Assembly (NCBI RefSeq): GCF_009914755.1
Contig: NC_060936.1
Source: the human T2T-CHM13v2.0 reference genome, Homo sapiens
DNA length: 64,000 nt
Reading direction: 5' to 3' (one strand)
In this document: positions 54,850 to 64,000 of the stretch, piece by piece
Layout: every line of letters starts with the position of its first letter
How positions within the stretch are numbered: position 1 is the stretch's first letter
Notes under the pieces: generated by a model
What the model was told of the DNA's origin: nothing
The model's database searches: none
The model's input: only the letters and a program-made list of their open reading frames with translations
Made by a program: the position numbers and the translations under genes

Positions 54850-55450
54850 ATTTTGCACTTAATTCAACAAATTCTTGTTGACATCTAACATAAGATATTA
54901 ATTCCCTTGTTCAATGTTTTTGGAGGGTAACTATAATCCTGTCTCTAGAAATTTTCAAGATGAATTAGATTATTACTTATCCTTAAATAGGTCAGTACAA
55001 TGGGAGAGAAACACAATTAAAACAAAACAATTTAAATACACTGTCAAGATATGTGCAAAGCATCATGGAACTATAGGGCATACCACTTAATCTAGGCTGA
55101 AGGGCAAAGCAGATTCCTGTTAGATACCTTTTTTGAACTGTCAGACTAAAAGTTTGAGAAGGCACATGGGCTCCAGAAGCAGGCAGGAAGAATGTAAAAA
55201 ATGAGAAATATACTGCATAAAGAACATGAACACTAAGAAAAAATAAGGTGAACACACAGGGAACTGAAAGAAGTTTAAGATGTCTCTTATGTCAGGCAGG
55301 AATGACAGGAGATGAATCTGGAGAAAGAGGAAGACTAAGATTATGGAGAGGCTTATGCCATGTTATAGAACTTGAATTTTATTCTATGGAATGAGAATAG
55401 CACGTGAGCTTTAAGATGGAAAATTATATGGGCAGATTAGAAGTGAAAGA
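54850..55450 (-). mobile_element. L2
   Basis: attcaacaaattcttgttga..gaacttgaattttattctatgg..tttaag..gcagatt. Confidence 0.7.
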
Positions 55451-56317
55451 TGTATTCATCTCCTTGAAAATATTATAGCCTCAGAAATCAACTTTCTGTT
55501 TATAGGAGGTCGACTGTTCTTAGTCTTTGAAGAAACCTAGAGCTTAGGGACGAAGAAACAAATTCTTGACGTTACACCAGTGGCAAGGAAAGATACCAAG
55601 GACTCAAAGAAAAATAAACACAGTGAAAGTTCTTATTCTAGTGAATTTATCTCTCTTTTTTTTTTGTATAAGAAAGTTAGGACTGTGAATTCTGAGTTCT
55701 GAGGCTGATCTTTAGAAATATCTATTTTAAGGACTGGAACATTTAAAGAGCAAGACATCTCTACAACAGGTTGGCATATGTAGGAGAAAGATATTTTGTG
55801 TACTTTGCATGATCTGAGCAGGATCACTCAAATGGTCACAAGCAAAGATTATCATAATTGAAATTAAGCTTTTGGTTTCTTCTTGTTAAGAATGTGCCTT
55901 TTGGTTGGCATTATAAAATGCTTAACACATGAAAGCACCTTCTTTTGAAGCTGGTACAGTGATTACAGAAACACATAACTTTCCTCTTAGTCAACCAAAT
56001 GAAGCAAATTATAGTGAGGGCTGCAAAGAAGAAAATTACATGTTGTCAACACTTTCGGCAATAGAGTAATAATTTTAATAAAAACTTTACTTATTAATTT
56101 TGTCTATCACTTTCTTTCTATGTGTTATTGTTGGATGACTAACCATCCCAATGGTCTAGACAGGTTCACATTAAACGTTTTCTTCTTTAGCAAAGGTTTT
56201 TCTAGAAGCTTTCATAGCATTTCATATTTTTATTCATTTATCAAAAAGTATAATGAAAGTGACTAGAAATAAACTCGAAGTTGTTGAGAAGGGAGAAAAT
56301 TTGAAAAAAAAATCTGA

Positions 56318-57040
56318 CAGTGCACTTAATCTCAGATTTAAAGTGTCACAGAATCACTTGCAAAGACCAGCACTATTCACAATAGCAAAGACTTGCAACC
56401 AACCCAAGTGCCCATCAATGATAGACTGGATAATGAAAATGTGGCACATATACACTGTGGAATACTATGCAGCCATAAAAAGGATGAGTTCATGTCCTTT
56501 GCAGGGACATGAATTAAGTTGGGAACCATCGTTCTCAGAAAACTAACACAGGAACAGAAAACCAAACATTGCATGTTCTCACTTATAAGTGGGAGTTGAA
56601 CAATGAGAACACATGGACACAGGGAGGGGAACATCACACAACAGGGCCTGTTGCGGGGTCGGGGGCTAGGGGAGGGATAGCATTAGGAGAAATACCTCAT
56701 GTAGATGACGGGTTGATGGGTGCAGCAAACCACCATGGCACATGTATCTCTATGTAACAAACCTGCACGTTCTGCACATGTATCCCAGAACTCAAAGTAT
56801 AAGAAAAACATAAAAGAATAAAAATAAGAAAGAAATTTCTCCACTGTAAATTTACTCTTTGTTAAAGTATAATAAAAAAATTAAAGAAATGTATTAAAAT
56901 GATAATGACAACAAGAAAAAAAATATTGTTTAACATATAATGCCACCGGCCACATCTCTCTTGATTTCAAGAGGGTGAGTAAGATTTATATTTTTTAACA
57001 CAGACATTTCTGATGCACCCCAAAGTTTGAGAATCAGGGT
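56318..57040. mobile_element. MER5A-like element split by an L1PA insertion
   Basis: cagaatcacttg on the left; ttctgatgcaccccaaagtttgagaatca on the right. Confidence 0.55.
56368..56835 (+). mobile_element. L1PA7-like 5'-truncated element
   Basis: gatgacgggttgatgggtgcagcaaaccaccatggcaca..ctgcacgttctgcacatgtatcccagaac; A-rich tail. Confidence 0.92.
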
Positions 57041-57254
57041 TAGAAAATAATATAACCTTCATATATCAGTTTAAAAAACTGACTTAAAATTTTCTAGCAA
57101 GAACAAGAGTGATTCTTTGCAGCATGCTTAAACATAGAAGTTTTAAAATGCTGTTAAATTCTCTGTTAAAATATGCATGTCATCTACAATATCTGAGTTG
57201 AAGATAAAATTTATTTGAATGACTCAGTATAATAATATTTAATAAAGAGTACTA

Positions 57255-57445
57255 TCTATGCATTTAGCAAGTTACTTAATCTACTTATATCTTGGTTTCA
57301 TCTTCTATAAGATGATCAATAATAGCATTTCTATCATAGAGTTTTAAGGATTAAATGAGATAATATGTAAGGTGTTGGGCACTGGGCATGGCACAGAGTC
57401 AGCACTCACTGAATGTTGCATATTGATTTTACCATTACTATTTTT
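57255..57445 (+). mobile_element. MIR
   Basis: gcaagttacttaatct..aggattaaatgagataatatgtaaggtg..tggcacagagtcagcactca. Confidence 0.87.
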
Positions 57446-57714
57446 GTATGTATATGATGATGATAGTTCTTATTTAAGTTACAAAATAGAACATACAGTA
57501 AAAAGTTGTAATTTCTCACTCATAAAATTGGTTTTAATTAGTTTCTAGAACTCTTACATCAGAATAGAAAAACCAGAAGATTGTGTAGAGTGAAAGCATT
57601 CAGGCTTTTTGTAAACAGCTAATCTTAGTATAAACTGGCCAACTTTGCAAAAAAAAGCAACATAGTGAGAGAGAGAGAAAAGGTACAAACAAAATTAGTT
57701 TGCTTTCAGGACTG

Positions 57715-57893
57715 CTCCTTTTATCTATTGCTGCATAGCAAACCACTCTAAATTTAGTTGCATTAAAATAACATTTAAAAATATTATCTCTCATAGTTCC
57801 TGCATTTACTGGGCTCAGCCAAATTTCTCTTTGTTAGGATTTATCGTGTGATGGAAGTCCGTGACTGGAACTGGAGACATATCAAAGGCCTTT
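57715..57893 (-). mobile_element. Old MaLR LTR fragment (MLT1G-J-like)
   Basis: tctattgctgcatagcaaaccactctaaatttag..attatctctcatagttc..ctgggctcagc. Confidence 0.75.
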
Positions 57894-57907
57894 TAAAATA
57901 TATTTTT

Positions 57908-58987
57908 TAATGCTCAACATCACCAATTATCAGCATGCAAATTAAAACCACATTGAGATGTCATCATACACCAGTCAGAATGGCTTTTATTTAAAAAGTT
58001 AAAAGAATTGGGAGACCAAGGCAGGAGACTCTCATGAGGCCAGGAGTTCAAGACCAGCCTGGTCAACAGAAGGAGACCCTGCTTCTATGAAAAGTAAAAA
58101 AAGAAAAGAAAAAAAAAAAAAAAAAAAACTAGCCAGGCTTGGTGGCATGTGCCTGTAGTCCCAGCTACTTGGAAATCTGGTGCAGGAGAAGGAAGGATCA
58201 GTTGAGCTCAGAAGTTCCAGGCTGCAGTGAGCTATGATCACACTACTATACTCCAGCCTGGGCACAGAGCAAGACCTCGTATCTAAAATAAATAAATAAA
58301 AATGAAAAAACGACAGACGTTAGCATGGATGTGGAGACAAAGGAATACTTATACACTGTTGGTGGGAATGCAAATTAGTTATTTCAACCTCTATAGAAAA
58401 CAGTATGGAGATATTTAAAAGAACTAAAAATAGAACTACCAATTGACCCAGCAATCCCACCACTGGGTATCTACTCAACGGAAAATAAATTGTTATATAA
58501 AAAATCATTCCTGCCCTTGAATGATTATCCCAGCACTATGCACAATAGCAAACACATGGAACCAATCTAAGTGTCAACCAATGGTTGATTGGATAAAGGA
58601 AATGTTCAAATACACCATGGAATACTATGCAGTCATAAAAATGAATGAAATCATATTTTTTGCAGCAACATGTATGGAGCTGGAGGCCATTATCCTAAGT
58701 GGACTAACTCAGAGGCAGAAATCAATCAAATCTAAAACCACATGTTCTCATTTATAAGTGGGAGCTAAACAATGAGTACACATGGACTTCAAGATGCAGA
58801 TAATAGAAACTGAGGACTCCAAAAGGCAAGAGAATAGGAGGAAGTGAGGGTTGGAAAATTGCCTGTTGGGTACAATATTCAATATTTGAGTGATGAGGAC
58901 ACTAGAAACCCAGTCCCCACTGTGATGCAATATACCTATGTGACAAACAAGCACACATAACCTCTACATCTAAAATAAATAATAAAA
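57908..58987 (+). mobile_element. L1PB-like 3' end, split by an AluJ
   Basis: ggagctggaggccattatcctaagt..ttgggtacaatattca..actagaaaccca..tgcaatatacctatgtgacaaac. Confidence 0.9.
58008..58302 (+). mobile_element. AluJ, 5'-truncated
   Basis: gaggccaggagttcaagaccagcctgg; aggctgcagtgagctatgatcacact. Confidence 0.92.
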
Positions 58988-59220
58988 TACTTTTTTTGTT
59001 GTTTTACAAATTTCATATTTACAAATTATTACAAAAACAGTAATTTTTTATACCGCATACCCAGTTTTCACAATTATTAGCAATTTACATTAGTATGGTA
59101 CATTTGTCACAATTAATGAACTAATATTGATATATTGTTATTAACTAAAGTCCATAGTTTATTCAAATCTCTTCAGTTTTACTGTAATTTTGTGTTTCAG
59201 GATTTCATCCAGGATAACAC

Positions 59221-59250
59221 ATTACATTACATTACATTACATTACATTAC
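59221..59250. repeat. (ATTAC)6 microsatellite
   Basis: Six perfect attac units. Confidence 0.95.
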
Positions 59251-59264
59251 ATTCTATCACATTC

Positions 59265-59640
59265 TATCTTAGTCTGTTTTCTGCTTCTAGAACAAGATAC
59301 TACAGACTGAATAATTTGTAAAGAAAGGAAATTTATCTTTCACAGTTCTGTATGCTAGGAATTCCAACAGCCTGGCACTGGAATCTTGTGAGGGTCATAC
59401 CATGGAAGAAAGGCAAAAGGAGAAGTAATTACACTAGACAGAGAAATAGGACTAAACTTATTCTTTTATCAGTAGTTCACTCCCTGATAACTGACTCACT
59501 TTTGTGATGATGGCATTAATCCACTAATGAGGGCAGAATGCTTATGATCTAATCAGCTCTTAAAATCACCACCTCTTAGTACTGTTACAAAGGCAATTAA
59601 ATTTTGACACAAGTTTGGTGGGGACATTCAAACCACAGCA
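59265..59640 (-). mobile_element. MaLR solo LTR (MSTC-like)
   Basis: tatcttagtctgttttctgct..ggcattaatcca..atgagggcagaa..ggggacattcaaaccacagca; TSD cattc/catac. Confidence 0.85.
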
Positions 59641-59893
59641 CATACATAGTCATTTATCCCCAAACCCCTTAAACAGCCTTCAGATTCTTTGCTTTTGATG
59701 ACTTTGAGAGTTTTTAGGATTAACAGTCAGGTTGCTCATATAATGTTCCTCAATTAGGATTTGCCTGATGTATTCCTCATGATTTGACTGGAGTATGTGT
59801 TTTTTGGGGGAAGACCATGGAAGTAAGGGGACATTCTCATCATAAAATGTCAAGGAAACATATATCAATATGGATTCCCACTGTTGATTAGCT

Positions 59894-60739
59894 GTATTTA
59901 TTTTCTATTACTGATATAACAAGTTATCACAAATTTAGTAGTTCAAACAACAACAACAAAATCTTACATTTCTAGAGGTTACAAGTCCAACATGAATCTC
60001 ACTAAAATCAAAATGTCAGCAGAGCTGTCCTCTCTTTCAGAGGCTCTAGAATATTTTCAGGTCCTATCCCAAACTGAGGTCCAAGGGGAGTCAGTGGGCA
60101 GGAAGCTGGAAAAACACTTGAAGAATCATAGGCAGTTTCAACATGGCTTTATTGTCTCTCTGGGCGAGAAACATATGTATAGCATCAGCAGGGTAATGAT
60201 ATCCTTTGCAGACAATAGTGGCTCTGAGCCAAGCACAAGCTCACGTGAGTGGTCACCTAATGAGCCTCACATGGCGTTGTTACAGATAGTGCAGAGTTGT
60301 GTGTCTGCACTCCAAACCTGCTGAGTCATGCTGTGTGGGAAGGCTGCCTTGGCCTACTCCTGACTAAAGCGCAGCCATTTCCCTTACAAATAGCATCCAT
60401 TTCTTTTATTTTCCAGCTTCAGGATGTTGCCCTCTTCCCTTGACTCCTGGTATCTTTCACCCACCATCAAGGTCAGCAGTGTTGCATCTCTCTGGCTTTT
60501 CCATTGTCACATCTCCTGACTTTCCTCTTGTGTTTCTTTCTTTCATCTTTAAGGATCTTTGTGATTTCATTGGTCCCACCTGAGTAATGTAAGATACTAT
60601 GCCTATATGAAGGTCAACCGATTAACAATCTCAATTCTTTCTTCCACCTTAATTCTGTCTTGCCCTGTAACAAACATATTCACATGTTCCAGGGACCAGG
60701 ACATGCACATTGTTGAACCAGTATTATGCCTACTGTCAT
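59894..60739 (-). mobile_element. MaLR solo LTR (MLT1D-like), split by LTR18A
   Basis: cacaaatttagtagtt..aaaatcaaaatgtcagcag..gaggctctag | tttaaggatctttgtgatttcattggtcccacc..ttccagggaccaggacatg. Confidence 0.85.
60055..60388 (-). mobile_element. LTR18A-like ERVL solo LTR
   Basis: Minus strand starts tgtaagggaaatggctgcgctttagtcaggagtaggcc and ends ggacctcagtttggg..cctga; TSD aatat/aatag. Confidence 0.85.
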
Positions 60740-61517
60740 AATCTTGATTACCTGGATTGAGGTAATATTTTTCAGGTTTCTCCACTGTAAATTTACTCTT
60801 TGTTTCCCCCCTTTCTCTACTGTACTCTCTACAAGAAAGTCACTATATCCACAGTTAAGGGGCAGGAAATACATATTCTACTTCCTTAAGAGCAGAATAA
60901 CTACATAAATTATTTGGAAGTATTTATCTATTTTCCCCCATTTATTTCTTACTGAATCATTTTTATAATTATAGACACATGAATATTTATTTTATGCATT
61001 GGGTTATGATCCAATACTACTTAGTTACTTTGTATTTCAAGTTTTTCAGCTTGGTTCTTGGGAACTCATTCAGGTGACTTCTATATCCCTTTGACATGCC
61101 CTCATAATATAGAGTTTCTTTTTATTTTTTGAGCATGTTCTTCCTTTCTAGAATTACAAAATGCTCCAGCATCTGCATGTATACTTTTTGCTCCAGTTCA
61201 AAAATCAGCCATTTCTCTAAAAGGCCCTTGCTCCTTTTACTGAAGTCCAAAGTCTGGGTGGTAGGTAAATTTGTTGCTATTACAGTATCATTGTTTTTAG
61301 AACCTTTCAGCCGATAAAGCACAGAGACATGTGTGTATTAAACTATGCATACAAACATATCTATAAATATTTTATATTTAACTACCTATATCCATATTAA
61401 GCTAATGATGAGTTAATAATGATGCCTCCAACTCTAATCAAGTATCATATGGATCATGCTACCTTTTTACCCTTGTGTATTTATAATCTACAGCTCCAGT
61501 AATTAGAAATATGACTC

Positions 61518-62333
<816 letters not shown>

Positions 62334-62481
62334 TAAAGTTATTTATATCAGTGCTTTATTCTGCCACTCCATTTGGTGAGGTTGTTTTACGTATTTGTAA
62401 TATAGTCATGTTCTTTTATTCCATTTAATAATTATCCTGGAATTCCCTCAACCCTAAATGATTTTTAAAGCATTGGAATAC

Positions 62482-63761
<1,280 letters not shown>

Positions 63762-64000
63762 TAACAGATGCTTAATGTCCCGTACTGACCATTAGATTGT
63801 CATACAGAGCACTTTTACTACCCTAAAAATACCTTTGTGATTCACCTATTCTAACCACTGCCCCCGAATGCCTGGCACCCAATAATAGGTTTACTCTCTC
63901 AAGTTTTGTCATTCCAGAATGTTATATAAATTGGAATCATACAGTATGCAGTGTTTCCAGACTGTCTTATTTCCCTAGCAATATGCCTTTAAGGTTCGTC

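Noticed and set aside
56654-56678. G-quadruplex-like ggggtcgggggctaggggaggg
   Set aside because: Ordinary G-rich tract of the L1PA 3'UTR, present in many copies.

Overview
AT-rich primate genomic DNA, most likely hominoid/human given an AluY and an L1PA3-like insertion. It reads as intronic or intergenic: I found no recognisable protein-coding gene, RNA gene, CpG island or prokaryotic system, and the longest ORFs in the track fall in Alu, L1, LTR or low-complexity sequence. More than half of the window is transposable-element debris: 16 Alu/FLAM/FRAM copies, many MIR and L2 relics, MaLR/ERVL/ERV1 LTRs, Tigger/Charlie/Made1 DNA elements, a near full-length nested L1MC3-like element (43.2-54.4 kb), a second oppositely oriented L1MC3-like element (59-64 kb) and a twin-primed L1PA3-like insertion. 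The most unusual signals are structural: (i) short inserts copied from templates 1.4 kb and 3.9 kb away in this window, (ii) a MaLR internal region bounded by mismatched MLT2 and MLT1B LTRs, (iii) several fold-back/template-switch scars, and (iv) an LTR18A-like element with an intact AP-1 site and a complete Made1 hairpin. I do not see a new gene system. Subfamily names come from recall of consensus sequences, not from an alignment; coordinates of old elements are approximate.
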